Source: Oculina patagonica (taxonomy: Eukaryota). From it: a stretch of 64,000 bases of DNA. Shown here one piece after another: positions 1-13,465 of the stretch. The DNA is taken from assembly GCF_052425735.1 (NCBI RefSeq), contig NC_135759.1:33852001-33916000 (forward strand), read 5' to 3'. Position 1 is the stretch's first letter. Each line of letters opens with the position of its first letter. The translations under genes and the position numbers were made by a program. Below the pieces are notes generated by a model. It was not told the DNA's origin, ran no database searches, and saw only the letters and a list, made by a program, of their open reading frames with translations.

Positions 1-593
1 GCGAGCGAACGAACGAACGAACGAACGACCAAAATTAACGAACGAACGAAGGCTAGAACATTGAAATAGCGCGGGGACAGTTGAGCAGGTCAACTGTCCT
101 GCTAGTTGATGTATCTGATTGGCTGAGGGGTAGCAGTGTTTCCACTCGGGAGAGCACATTGTGCAAATTATTTTGTCAGTGAAAAATTGAAAAAGTTCTG
201 TCAGTATAAGTAATAATACATATAAACTGACTTTCTTTTTGAAATGAACAAACGTAAAACCACAGCAGTCAAAAGTAGTTTAGCAAACAGAAATCTTTAG
301 TTGTAAAGAACTATAGCAATCTGCTCTGTTATAAATTATGCACGATCATCAAGGTTGATCATTTAACTCCACTTACCTTCCTTTCCCCACGAGATCTGTG
401 CGATCACCAGTAGGGATGTGATGACAGTCAACCTTAAAAGTGAAAGAATATAATGCGACAAGTTTCCTAACACTCCAGGTTCAGTTTTTATCATTTTAAC
501 ATATATAAGTATGTACTCGACCGCCCTATGGCTTCTTGTCACGCGCGCGATCGCTGGTTTCGCTTACGTACGTGGGTGGAGCTAGCCACCACT

Positions 594-882
594 CATTCTC
601 GTCCCCAGAGCCACTAGTCTCTCTTAGCCGGCGGAGCCTGGGGCACGAGGAACAAAAGGCTTTGGACGGAGACGCATGATTTGATTGGCCAGACATTTTA
701 CAAAGACAATATAAATGTAGCCAATCGAATCAACCGTAGTAAAATCCCTTACAACAAAGGGATTTTAAAAACGGTTGATTCGATTCGCCATCCAATCAAA
801 TCATGTGTCCCCAGAGCCACTTGTTCCTCGTGCCCCAGGCTCAGGCGGCTAAGAGGGACAAGCGGCTCTAGAGACGAGAATG
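594..882. mobile_element. MITE-like element with ~100-bp imperfect terminal inverted repeats
   Basis: Left arm CATTCTCGTCCCCAGAGCCAC...GGGGCACGAGGAACAA is mirrored by TTGTTCCTCGTGCCCC...GGCTCTAGAGACGAGAATG; no coding capacity. Confidence 0.8.
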
Positions 883-2774
883 GTCACAACTCCTTTAACC
901 TTCCCATACTCTCCCCAGTTTCTCTTAGCTTCTTAGCTTTCTTCGTTCGACACAAGCAAACGAACGAGGGAAATAGCGACTCGCTCGTCAAAAGGCGTTT
1001 GCTTGCAATGCAATTGAAAATGGACACAGGACCGGAGCAGTACTCAATTAATTACCGTCAAGACATGGTTCCTTAATAAATAAGTCTAGCGGACAAGCAA
1101 TGTCCGAATATCAAATACAGTCGAACTTCGCGCCTTCTCAAGGCAAGAGTCCCCTTATGGGAGGTGTCCTCTTATTGAATGTTCAATGAAGTGTTTGACT
1201 TAATCCCGTTGGTAAACTGATACGGCAAATCTTGAATGGCCTGATTATTCCAATGGCAATTAAGAACGTGTTACCTTGGTAATTAAAGTTTAAATATCAT
1301 TTAGTTTGAATTTCTGTGAAGAAACCTTAGTGCTTCATCTAGCCTCTTTGTTCGACTACAAATTATTCGAGAAAAATAAATATTGTTGTTGTATTATTGT
1401 ATGTAGTCCGCCATTTTGTAACTTTCTATGGCTGTACTTTGCATCAGTTTCAGTTCGAAAAGGACACTGGTCGATAATGCCTAGACATCGATCGATTCCT
1501 TTCTGATAAATAAAGGACAACAAATCGAAGATAGCTCGGCACCACATCGCAGTAAAGATGGACGATATAGTCGTGTGTTTGAAACACACGATATCCATAA
1601 TCGTAAATACTTTTGCCATTCTATTGTGGATTCAGCTCTTTTACAGAATTAATGATATTCAAAGTATTCAAGTTAATTCAGTTTGTATGAGGCATCACTA
1701 AATTGACGAACTACTAGACAACAAAAAACCGTGAACTATAACTTAGTGCTTATGAAAAGGAAATACGAACGACACCAGCGTAAGCAGAGAAAAATAAACA
1801 AAGTTCAATGTTGAATTAATTTGATCACTTTTTAGGTGTACAAAAAATCCAATACTTTGAATTAAGCCCCCTTAAAAACTTTCTTTACTTCTGTTAATCA
1901 AACCGAAAGGTCACTACTGTAGATACATGGCCAGGTTTGAAATTGAAATCGGATTAAAAAGAAAACGAACACATGGTAAATTAACAGGTTGGAAAAGAGA
2001 AATATTTTGATAACCCCTTGCGGACCCGTTCTACTCTACCTTGTCCACCATGATCGCCTGTGTTATTGAAATTATTTTTTTTACGCGCACCGATTCGGCT
2101 GAAATAACCGACAGTCTGAGGCAGCAAATTCTGCAAATTGATGTTACTTACTTCATTCTCCCGCCGTGGTACTTAACGTTCACATTACCCAAGTAAAGAG
2201 AATGGCCAGATCCACTAAAATATCACATCTAACTTAAAGAACTGCGCCGGGAAAACACGAACTGAGACTCGAAGGTTTTTCTGTGTTTTCCATGCAAAGT
2301 AATGGTTAAGGCATTCAAAACAATAATAGCAATAGCTTGTGGCAAGGAAAACAACAAGGCCCTCTCTTATAAATACAGACTCTCTATATAACACACGGTG
2401 ACCATTACAAGAAAACGAAATATATTTCACTAGCACAGATCAATTCGCCCAAGCTTCCGCCATTTTGCCGGAAGAAAAACACATGCCTCGAAGCGAAGCG
2501 TTCAAACAACGACGTCAAATAATTTTCCTTTAGACAACGACGTCAAATAATTTTCGTAAAGTGTGATTTTTGACATATTCACAGTCTTTTTAAACTTAGG
2601 ATACCTGGAAGAGACATTACACGGATGTAGCTATATATGCTACTGAGGAAGAGTGCCGACGCGTTAATTTTCAGTTTCTTTACATTTGTGTCATTACACC
2701 GAAAAATACATGGTCGTGTGTGGATAACAGAACACGTGACCTAGCATACAGTCTATTCTCTTCTATAATATCAA

Positions 2775-3198
2775 CCCGGGGGGGGGGGGGGTACTCCCTA
2801 TAATAGCCTATACGGGGAGGCTCCGCCCGAAAGGAGTACCTTTTTCAGGCTCCAGGGATATAAAAGGGTAGGGATTTCAGAAGTTTAGGTATATGAAAGG
2901 GTAGGGAAATCTGCCAAATGACATTTTAAAAGGCTTTTACATTAAATATTTCGAGCAGACGCAACTTTTGGCGGTATCGTCTTAATTTATTTAGCGCTAC
3001 AATAAAATGACAAGAAAAGTTCCCGTTTTGGGTAAATGTGATGTCGTGTAGGTATATGAAAGACGTGCCTTTTAGCAATAAAAGGTATACAAAATGGGTA
3101 CCTTTTCTATCAAAATTGTATATAAAAGGTAAGGGGTTAGATCTCCGGGCGGAGCCTTCCCGTACAAAACTTTTTCGAGTACCCCCCCCCCCCCCGGG
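2775..3198. mobile_element. Non-autonomous hAT-like MITE with CCCGGG(G)nTACTC termini
   Basis: Inverted termini CCCGGGG..GTACTC / GAGTACCCC..CCGGG; flanks AATATCAA / CATATCAA (7/8 match, 8-bp TSD-like). Confidence 0.7.
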
Positions 3199-3565
3199 CA
3201 TATCAAATAGCAAAGATGAGCGAATTCTCTCGCTCAATATAGTGGCTCTAGTACTGTCGTTAGCTTTCTATTCGTCAATACCTTTCCCTCTATTAAATCA
3301 GTGCAATTGCAGTTTGATTTTAATCTTTTAAAATGGTTCTGACAAGTACACCACGGTCGAATTTCACTTTTTTGTCTGTATAAGTTGAACTCTCTCTAAA
3401 GTGGCACAGCTGGAGTTGGTCGTGAGGGTGTCCGCTTTAGAGACAGTTGACCGACTTGATCTATGCTAGAGGTGCTAGAGGATAACAGAGAACCGCTTCC
3501 TCCCCCTCCTCCCTGTGAAATTTGATCTCGTTCGCAGCATGTGGTCTGAATGGCCAGCAGGAAGC

Positions 3566-4005
3566 TTTTTTTTTTTTTTTTTTTTTTCGTGAAAAGACTT
3601 ACACCGAATTAACACCAATCAATTTTTTTTTAAAACCGAAGAAATTTTGAATTTTGAATTAATTCAAAAATGCGAAGTCGAACTTGCATTCTTTTAATTA
3701 AAAAAATTAAAGGACGTTTAAAGATTCTTGTTAATGACAGAATACAGGGGGGATCCAGGATTTTTCAAGGGGGGTGTTTTTTTGCCTATTTTTTTTTTTT
3801 TTTTTTTTTTCCTGGTTTTTTTTTTGGGGGGGGGGGGAAGGGGGGTATGGGTTTTTTAAAGGTTTTTTTTTTTAAGGGGGGGGAAATTTTTGGCGGACTT
3901 TGGGGGGGGCCCCCGGGGGGGGGGGGCCCTTTTTTTTTATAAATAAAAAAAAAAAAAATATGGAAAGGGGGGGGGGGGGGGAAAAAAAAAAAAAAAAAAG
4001 GAGGG

Positions 4006-4040
<35 letters not shown>
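3566..4040. other. Low-quality homopolymer-rich stretch (probable assembly/sequencing artefact)
   Basis: Runs of T, G, C and A with no information content; ORFs here are poly-F/K/P/G. Confidence 0.7.
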
Positions 4041-4042
<2 letters not shown>

Positions 4043-4183
4043 AATCGAATATCATGTAAATCTAAGTATACAATAGTTTCCTTGAATTTATACGAGGGCA
4101 TCAAGTCTCTTTCTCCAACTCATGATCAGGTCCGATGGTCCAAAGTCCACCGTTCCAGATAGTTAGTTGAAAGCCGATACGTG

Positions 4184-4225
4184 ATTGGTCAATTTTGTTG
4201 CAGAGCCCGCGATTTCCCGCCAAAA
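4184..4225 (+). promoter_or_regulatory. Putative GAS2 promoter: inverted CCAAT box plus overlapping E2F-type site TTTCCCGCCAAAA
   Basis: ATTGG at 4184-4188 and TTTCCCGCCAAAA at 4213-4225, ~350 bp upstream of the ATG. Confidence 0.45.
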
Positions 4226-4569
4226 GCATGACGTTGCTCGGCGAATCAAGCGAATCTGCTCTCATCAGCGAAAGTAAAATTTTTACTGCAAAAAATTTAC
4301 ATTTTCCAATTACGATTCAGCATTATGCAAGAGGACAGTTTTGGCAACGGAAGTTGAAAAATTTCACCTGCTATTACTTTTTTAATTTCAGTTTTAAGGA
4401 CTCATTACGTGATGCAACGGAAGTGCCACTACAGTTAAACACTGGAACAGATCAGTCCATCTGTTTACATCCGACCTGTACTGGCGGTGTAAATTGTGAT
4501 TAATATAAATAATCCTACCCACCTTTTTGATAACAAGGATATTTGAACAGTTTATTGCCTGGAGTAAAC

Positions 4570-7500
4570 ATGGAAGCAGAAGGAAAAGATCAACTGGATT
4601 TCACAACGAAAATTCACGAGCGCTCGGAACAGGAGTTGCTGCCGATGAAGGAAGATGTAGCAGAATGGCTGTCGAGGGTTCTACACGAAGAAATTACAGC
4701 AGAAAATATCCTGGACTGTTTAGAAAACGGTGTCCTGGTTTGTAAACTTGCCCAGATTGTGCAAACAGCAGCCCAGGATTGCATAAAAGCGGGGAAATCC
4801 GTGAAACCCTTAGCCCCGTTCTCATCGAAATTTCACCAGAATGCGAAAGCTGGGACTTTCTTTGCACGGGACAACGCAGCTCATTTCTTGCAGTGGTGTC
4901 GGCAGATCGAGGTGGAAGATTCTGTCCTGTTTGAATCGGACGGATTGGTTCTTCAAAAGCAGCCAAGAGAAGTGATTTTGTGTTTACTTGGTGTGGCAAG
5001 AGTCGCTGCAGACTACGGAATAGAGCCACCTAAACTGATTAAGCTAGAGAAAGAAATTGACGACGAGATCGCTGCTGAAGAGAAGAAACCAGATTTAAAA
5101 CCAGCTAAAAAGGAAAAGAAAGTATCGAAAGCAACAAGTATTGACGCGGAGGTAAAGAATCAATATTTTACTTTCTATCTTAATATCAATCGAGGTGTGT
5201 AAATATTTCTTCCCTGACAATTAAGTAGCTAGTAACTGCACATTTAATAGGTTTCGTGTTACAATGTTTACACAGATTAATTATGAAACATCACCTGCGG
5301 TTAACGACTGATTTCCAACTGTTTACATTTTTTTGTATAGCTCATTTCAGTTATAAAGCGAGGACATTTTTGCTGGCGTGGGTATTGTTCTTACAAATAT
5401 TGAAGGAATGCAGCCCACTTAGATTTTAATGGCTTACACAAGTGCCAATTTTAGCTGTCAGTTAGTTACTGTTGGAGATTAAAGCTGTTTACAAAGTATT
5501 TCAGACTAGATATTGCAATGTTATATCTGATGTTGTTTATGGACATAAAATTAATTTAGATCTTTAATTGAAAAAAATTGGTAAATTTATGTAAAACTCA
5601 TGCTGTTCATAGCTCCAATCCAATGCACCATATGGTTAAGTTGCTAATTAAATTACAGCATACATACAGGTGACTGCAGTCATCTGCCATGAATTGAATC
5701 ATTGCTGTAACTGGACAGTACACCTTAATGGCTTCCTGCTTGCTGTTTTGTGCTTGTAGCTCTTACCAATTTGAAAGAAAAAAGAATTTATTACAATTCA
5801 GGTGTAATTGAGGGTGATAAAGTTTTTGTGAACAGTGAATGTACTGTCCCTTTCCCCTGTGAATGTGAAATGGCTATTTTTTCTGACATGTACTAACACC
5901 CTGAAACAACGAAACGAAACCACCGAAATGAAACGACCTAAACGACCGAAACGAAACCGCCGAACAGCCGAAATGAGCAAAACAAAACGAAATCACTGAA
6001 ACAAGCAAAACCCATTACAATAAAGAGCTAATTGTAAACAGGCTAACCGGAGTGCATAGTAGGCTAACCTAAGTGATAATAATAATAATAAAGATATTTT
6101 AGAGGGAGCCCTAAANNNNNNNNNNNNNNNNNNNNNNNNNNNNNNNNNNNNNNNNNNNNNNNNNNNNNNNNNNNNNNNNNNNNNNNNNNNNNNNNNNNNN
6201 NNNNNNNNNNNNNNNNNNNNNNNNNNNNNNNNNNNNNNNNNNNNNNNNNNNNNNNNNNNNNNNNNNNNNNNNTAAAAAAAAAAAAAATAATAGGCTAACC
6301 AGAGTGTATAGTAGGCTAACCAGGGTGTATAGTAGGCTAACCGGAGTGTATGGTGGGCTAAACGGAGTGTATAGTACGATAAGTGGCTAAAATCTTGAAG
6401 TTTTGCTTGTTTCGGGGAATTTGTTTCGTTTCGCTCGTTTTGGCCATTTCAGTTGTTTCTGCGGTTTCCTTTCGGTCGTTTCGGCAGTTTCCGTCGTTTT
6501 GTTTCGGTGGTTTTGTTTCGTTGTTTCGGGTTTTAGTACTTGCCATTTTTTCTCATGAAATATGATTTTGTTTCAAGCTGTGGACCGTGAATCAACTTTT
6601 TTTTCCACGAGAATTGTGAAATGACTTCTTTTTTCTCATGAAATGTGACTGTAAACCACGATTTACATTTATTTGGTTTCAGTATTTTCAGTTATACATT
6701 TACCGGTAGCTGTTGCCAATTTGTTTTCAGGTTGCCAGGCTTGCTGCTAAGTACAATGTAAGGATTGAGAGAATAAAAGAGGGAAGGTACATTGTGGATG
6801 GAAAAATCAACATATTTGTCAGGGTAAGAAATAATGTATGTCTGGCTCTGGTGCTCTATTATTTCATGACAAAAAAATTACTCAAGATTACTCTTTATAG
6901 GGTCTTAAGCTAGGGAGGGGGAGGGGGTGGCTGGTTTACACAAGTGGTGCAAACGCAATCACTGATATACAAGCACAAACACAAGGAAAATCACTATTAT
7001 CTAGCACAATGCAAACACAAAATTAATGCATGGGCAAGGAATGGAGAATTGTCCATTTTTTTGAACCTGGCTTCCGTTTGCATTTACACTTGCTTCTCAT
7101 TATGCAAGCAGAAGTGCAAGCAAATGAATTATAAGCATGACCTGTCCTCCATCTTGGAAAAAGACGTCAACTGTATCTACATATCTTATGTTCCTTCTGT
7201 TTGCATTATATGTGTACACGTCTCTTGCATTTGTGTCACACAGGTGAACCAGGCTTATGTGTTGTCTGTTCATTTTCCTTGTGTCTACAGATTTTAAGGA
7301 ACCATGTGATGGTGAGAGTTGGTGGTGGATGGGATACATTGGAGCACTTTATCAGTAGGCACGACCCTAATAAGATTGGAAGAATTTTGACTTGTAAGTA
7401 AAGCTGAAAATATATTTATTTCCTCAGCCTTTGACTTTGGTTATTTTTTATTTAACTTTTCATTGCATTGATTATTCTGATTGGATCTTGGCATACTGGA

Positions 7501-8353
7501 TTTGTTACGAGCTTGTGGAGCACACTCAGCATATACACTGGTGTCCAAATACAAGTGCAGTTGGTAAACTATTACTCATATTGGATATAGGCCTTACTCT
7601 TTACACTCAGTAATTTTGAAATGGCTGACTGGCCAATTAAACACCTAGAATATGCTTTTTACAAAAGAGGGATTGACCTTTGGCTATTCCTTTTCTGGGT
7701 GAAAGTGAAGAACAGCTCCCAGAATAACCTGTCGGCCGACTGTTGGCTGTCTGTCGGCCCACAGAATTTGCACACATGACATAAACTTTTGGCTGACTGT
7801 CACTTGACAGTTGATTGTCTCAGCAATCTGTTGGTAAGCTGTTAGTAAGCTGTCGCTGGAATTATTGTAAACAAAGTTTTTAGGAAAAAAAAATTGGAAG
7901 CAAAATTAAGCTATGAAGGATACTTCACAGATTTAGCGATTTTACCACCACAAGGTAACTGTGGGCTACCTGTCGCTGACCTGTTGGTAGACTGTTGGTA
8001 ATGTGTTGGCCAACAGGTTATTCTGGGAGCTATTCTTCACTCAACCCCCTTTTTTGAGTCCTGATGGGCCAGGGTCATTCTTTTATATGTTCTTGGGCAA
8101 TGGCGCTGCCTTTGTCGCAGTTCCTCCAGGTCAGCCCAAGAGTATAATTAAGTAACGAAGCAGCATGATCCAATTGGAGTAGTAATAATCCTAGTTTTTG
8201 TTCCTTGTTTCATGCACAGAATTCCCCAGAATTCATTTGTAGTTACTTTTTTACTTTTGTTTTATTTTCACAGCAACACCCCAGTCTTGTGACCATCATC
8301 ACCATCATCATCAACAACAACTCACACAACTAACAGAACTGTCTTCAACATAA
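4570..8353 (+). CDS. GAS2: Growth arrest-specific protein 2-like (CH domain + GAR domain), ~285 aa
   Basis: Exons 4570-5151, 6731-6823, 7291-7393, 8274-8353, all GT-AG and in phase. CH domain ([34 protein letters not shown]) and GAR signature [13 protein letters not shown]...RHDP. The last exon is the least certain. Confidence 0.9.
5889..6540. mobile_element. Foldback/MITE-like element with CGAAA-rich inverted arms and an internal ~21-bp minisatellite (TAGGCTAACCGGAGTGTATAG), spanning an N gap
   Basis: GTACTAA..CCCTGAAACAACGAAACGAAACCACCGAAA is mirrored by TTTCGGTGGTTTTGTTTCGTTGTTTCGGGTTTTAGTAC. Confidence 0.7.
7705..8040. mobile_element. MITE in GAS2 intron 3
   Basis: TIR GTGAAGAACAGCTCCCAGAATAACCTGT / ACAGGTTATTCTGGGAGCTATTCTTCAC. 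Confidence 0.75.
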
Positions 8354-10466
8354 ACAAGGGTTTTATCCTGAATGAATTTTGATACTTTTTTGGAAAGAGA
8401 ACTTATGATACAAATGTGATTACACCTTATAAAAAGATTTACTTGCTTTAAGATTTAATGTTGCATTTTCTATGTAGTGTGTACCTTCAGTCATCATGCC
8501 AATAACAATAATTTTTTAATCTGATTGGTTCTCAGTACACCTTCTTTGTATTGGTAACAGATTAACTGAGTGGAATATTATGGTATATTGATAAACAATC
8601 ACAATTATCAGCTCATCAAAGCAATACACAATTTTTTGATATGCAATAAAAATGAAAATTAGTGTCCTGAATTTTCCTGAATTTTGTGCCCTCGTCATTT
8701 TTTGCTTGTGAAGGGTTGATTTAGGTGGTACAACTTTCTCCCATGCGACTTTTGCAGGGTAGTCATTATGTGCGTGCAAATATATAACATTGTCTGTGGC
8801 TATGATTTTCATAGGGTTTTAAAACATGTTTCAAACTATTACAACACTTTTTTGTTGTACCCAACACTGGGAAGCAAGTTGTAGGCTATTTACATTTCAT
8901 GTCATAGACTTGTTGTAAGCTGGTTGCATTTGACGAAGTTGTACTGTCCAAATCAGCCCTAAGAAATCCAGCAGTTGAATACTCTTATGCACTGGTGCAT
9001 AAGCACCTATAGTTGTGGGTATAATGGGTACATACAGTAGTTCCAGAACCCATAAGGGGAAACGGTACGCGCGCCAGCGATTTATTGCTAAGTACAATGA
9101 AAAGAAAATTGATGCGAATGCTTTATACACGTAATGACACACGCAACATTTTTTTTTTGCGGTAAGTTGCCAATCGACCTAAACGCGTATCACAGAAACT
9201 AAAGAAATACATAAGTGTATCGAAGCGAAGTTCCAGACTACTTCAAGATGATGAAACAGGAGATAACCAATTCTGTATTCAACCAAGCTTGTTCAAAAAC
9301 AAGATCGCCTCGAGCGCGAGCTAGGCGCGTGAATTAATTCAAATATAGTAATTTTGATTGGTTAAATGTTTCTTGTTTTTTTCTAAAATATGGTACTTAG
9401 TGTAAACGAAGTGCAAACGCTTTGTACAATGCGAATCATAGGGAGTTACACGTCAACCCTTACGGGTTTCTGGTAGTTCCCAACATTTTCCAAATAATTT
9501 GGGACGATGTATTTAATGAAAAAATCTGGTACCATAATGAGATTTTAAGTTCTTGAAATGGTGCTCTAAAAAATTATTTGATACTTGGCATATTTTGATG
9601 ACAATAATTTAGTTTAATCACTGCTTTACTATTAATACAAATTTGAAAACATATTTGAAAGTGGTATCTTCGATATACTTATCGCCAAACAAAATGAATT
9701 TTTTTAAAACCAAAATTTGAAACCCTTAGCAAGGTATATATTATTATAAAATTGTGCAAATTTGCTTGAGAGGTTTTTGTGTTACTTGGTTGCATTGCAT
9801 TTATTAATGTTTTATTATTAAATTATAAGTTAGTTTTTTGTGGCTATATTTAACTTATAAGCAACAACATGTACTAAATTAATAGTTGCAATATTATTAC
9901 AGACACAGAGTGCATTTAATAATGTTTTGTATAAAATTTTTAAATGAAGTTTACTTCAGTGAATGGGTTGTAATATTTTATAGAGTAAAAGAAATAAAAG
10001 AGTTTTGCAGTTACTAACGAGAGACTGGAACAGGCTAAGTTTGTCTTTTAGTAACCAACAGATAAAAATATTCCATCTGAACATAGATGAACGTGAAAAT
10101 ATTTTGCTTAAGGTCATGGCATGTGGACTGAACATAGTGCAGTCTAAGGAAAATGACTGACAGCAAAATATTTTCCGCAAAGTAAAGTAACACTTTATAG
10201 TAAAGTAGACTGAAACAAAATGGATGTCAAATGAAGTTTAATTCCTCCTTAGTCAACACTTAACTTGCTCTTACAGACTCTTTGAAGTGAAATTACTTAT
10301 AAACTAAATGGCTTCATTTAATTAACCTTACTCTTACCTATAGCTAACACTACCTCTATTGTAATGTCTTTGTTAGACCTTATATACTAAGCAAATATTT
10401 CACTGACTCAAGCAGTTAACATACCATTGCTGTGCAGGCTATGTACAGAATTTCAGCCTGTTTGTA

Positions 10467-10720
10467 TGGAGGGGGACAGAGGGTCTGAACCTCTGGGTTA
10501 CCGTAGCCTTTACTCCTGCTTCCCGTACCTTTTACTCCTGCCCCTTTCCGTAGCGGTTCTCTCCTCTCTATCCCATATCTATTGCGAAATATAATGAAAT
10601 GTTGCACAATTTTACTTGTTTTCTCCCGGTTCACGCCACCTTAGCAATTCCTCTTCCCCCCTCCCTTCTCCCGGTTTCTGACCCTTTTCTCCCGGGGTCC
10701 CACCCCCATGCACCCCTCCA
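10467..10720. mobile_element. Degraded short non-autonomous DNA element
   Basis: TGGAGGGG...CCCCTCCA termini with internal CTCCCG/CTTCTCCC-type repeats. Confidence 0.45.
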
Positions 10721-11212
10721 CGTTTGTCTGTGCAAACACTTGCATAATTGTGACAGTGAGTGACAAAATTTCTCACATCATTCCAGCGAAATTTCAAGAA
10801 ATACTTGGTAAATTTACAACATCTGAAGTTCTGTACTACAGCAACATTAATTTTTGTCATTTACTCAAAAGATAGCTGTTAAGGAGAGACAAGATCATTT
10901 TTTTCTCTGCCTAACATCAAAAGATGAAATGTTTGCATCCAAAATAATTCTGCAAAGATTTAATTGTTAAAGCAAACATTAAACAATCGTATATTCTTTT
11001 ACTAACAACTATTTGTAGAATTCTACTAGTGTTCTTATGCAATGCTGCAATCTGATTGGCTGAGCTATCATATGCTTCTGCAAAATACTCAACAGTGATG
11101 TTTTCGTGTTCTCTGAAAGTTCATAGGATATTTAGAAACATAACTGAATAGTTCAATTCCTGAGAAGACTAATAGAAGGGCAGTCACTGTTACGCAACTT
11201 TAAAAAGTCACT

Positions 11213-11618
11213 TTAAGACGGATTCCGCTGAAAGTTCGAGCAATGAGTGCGAAAATTAAGTACCAAAAATCTACTCATAGCACGGTAACATTTTGTATAC
11301 TATTTAAAAGATCTTATCGAAATTCATTTGTCTTAGTGACCCCGTAATTAAATGCGAAACCATTCTCGAGAAAATTAAAGTCAAACCTCGTAAAAATGTT
11401 TAAAACACGCGCCATTTTGTTTTGAACTGGCGTGAAACGTCCGTTTTAACTGAAATATTGTCAATTTTAAATCCATTTTTCTCTCGCGGGGTCAGCTTGA
11501 GTGCTAAAGTTTTGGCAGGATTTTTTAGCTGTACTTAAACTGCTACCATGCTAAGAGGTCTTTTTGGTAACTTTATTTTTGCCTGTATTGCTCGAATGTT
11601 GGGCGAAAACCATCTTAA
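11213..11618. mobile_element. TTAA-flanked non-autonomous DNA transposon (Kolobok-like)
   Basis: TTAA|GACGGATTCCGC ... GCGAAAACCATC|TTAA: short imperfect TIRs with TTAA on both sides. Confidence 0.55.
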
Positions 11619-11620
11619 AA

Positions 11621-13465
11621 ATAGGGCCCCAATGGGTCCATGTGTTTTGCTGCTAGAGCAAAGTCTTAGGGAACATGTTGATGAAAGACAAGTGAGTCGA
11701 GATTGAAATCCAACGTCTTTTATTGTCTGTCACTTGTGTGCAGGTTAATAATTGCACTATATTGTAGTCACTTTGTGTTAATTCAATCCTGATAATTTTA
11801 CTGATCAATGTTATGTTGAAATCAAAGACAGCAAACATAATTTAATTACTAGTAAGTTAACGTAATGTCTGACATGATTGTCTCTTTGATAAAAAACAGT
11901 AACTCTTAACATTATAAAAAAATCTCAATGAACTCAATGTGATTCTTTTAGTGGCGTTATCTCACTGGTTACCGTTAGTTGTATTTGGAATCATTGTCAC
12001 AATGGTAGCGTTTTAACAACAACGAAAAAGACAGAATCTATTGACCTTATAAGAACTCAATGTGATATATTTATTAGTGACAAGACAGTGGTTCTTTAAC
12101 CACTTTCACCCAAATTAAACACTGGAACAACTAACTCTTGAGTTAAATATGCAAAATTCAGAAATTATAAATAATCGCACGCGCACCGGCGTACAACAAC
12201 AGAAAGACGGCGTTGAACGTAACGCAAAGTTCATTTTGAAAGCGAAAGTTTACAAATAATTATTATCATTCGTCAGTCATCCCTTCACGCATGAACACTC
12301 GTCGAATTTCAGTGTCTTCACAACAAGATCGGAAGATCGATAAGGACCAATTTTTGATTCTGCGAAAGTTCGTTTTCTTAAAGTTTTAGAAATTTGTGAA
12401 GTTGGAGGATTCACTGAGGACTGCGTAGCCGAAGATGCAGTGGCTCGCTGGACATCAAATTCTATTTTTCACGGCGTTTAATTAATCTTCACAAAATAAA
12501 CATGTGGCGCCAGCGCGTCTGGCAGTCAAAAATTCATTTTTCAAAAAACTTTCCCTTTCCAGCTATTTTAGCGGGGCTTATACTATAGTACCTACCTGTC
12601 AGTTGTAGAAAAGCTGAAATTTAAGGATGAACTGTTTATTAAATGAAGACCGTATTATTTTTTAATAACTAGTAAACAAACTGGTCGCCACGCATTTAAA
12701 CACGAACTGACGAATGTTGCATCTGATGCAGTGAATCTGGTGAATGAGAACTTCCTTTAATATTTCTTTGTTTTCGACGGTGTGAACCACTGAATAAGTT
12801 TCTTTCCCATTGTGATGTTACTAGTATTAATTCGTTTCTAGCTGTCTTTTATATAGCTCGAATACAGCTACAATTAGCGGTGCAGCCTACCAGCATGGTA
12901 TATTCCTTTCCAGCTGTCTTTGCGTGACAAGTTACACGTTCATACATTTTATTTTAAAATATGAAGTTCAGAGTTAATACAGTACTAGTATGCTGTAGAC
13001 AGTGTAGACAAGGTGAGGGTAAGTTTATTTTCAAAGCGAAAGTTTACAAACTGTGCACTAACCGGTCCTTTGGAGAAAATATTTATGACCTTCGGCGAGG
13101 TTCCAAGTCTTCGCTCTTTTCGTAAATGATGAAAACTGCAGAATAATTTTCTCATAAAACTGGAGTGGTCGCGCCACAGTTTGTTTTCTTTCCCAATGCG
13201 ATATACTTTTAAATCGGTTTTCTGTTTTCCAACGTGTCCAACGTGGTTTGCGTTCGAATACTTTGGCCCGTAACTTCGAATGCGATCAGCGCTACAGTTC
13301 ATTGGTTTCGATTTTGTTTGTTCATGGATTTGATTGACATCGGTAGTTCAGATTTCTCCTCTGTTACGGCACTTACACCTTACGGCACTTACCACCTTAC
13401 GGCACAAACTTCAGCTCTCAATGTGTTTTGCTTGCAGCCATTGCGGCTGCAGCAAAACACAAAAA
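11621..13465 (-). mobile_element. Probable non-autonomous Helentron (HINE/DINE-1-like)
   Basis: On the minus strand: 5' subTIR GTGTTTTGCTGC with an adjacent inverted repeat (13423-13460), short tandem repeat (TTACGGCAC, 13364-13405), 3' subTIR GCAGCAAAACAC (11642-11653), then hairpin GGACCCATTGGGGCCC and T-rich flanks. Confidence 0.55.

Noticed and set aside
681-1076. 131-aa ORF
   Set aside because: Non-ATG start, lies largely within a MITE arm, no recognisable domain.
3670-4055. Poly-Phe/Gly/Pro/Lys ORFs
   Set aside because: Translations of homopolymer-rich low-quality sequence.
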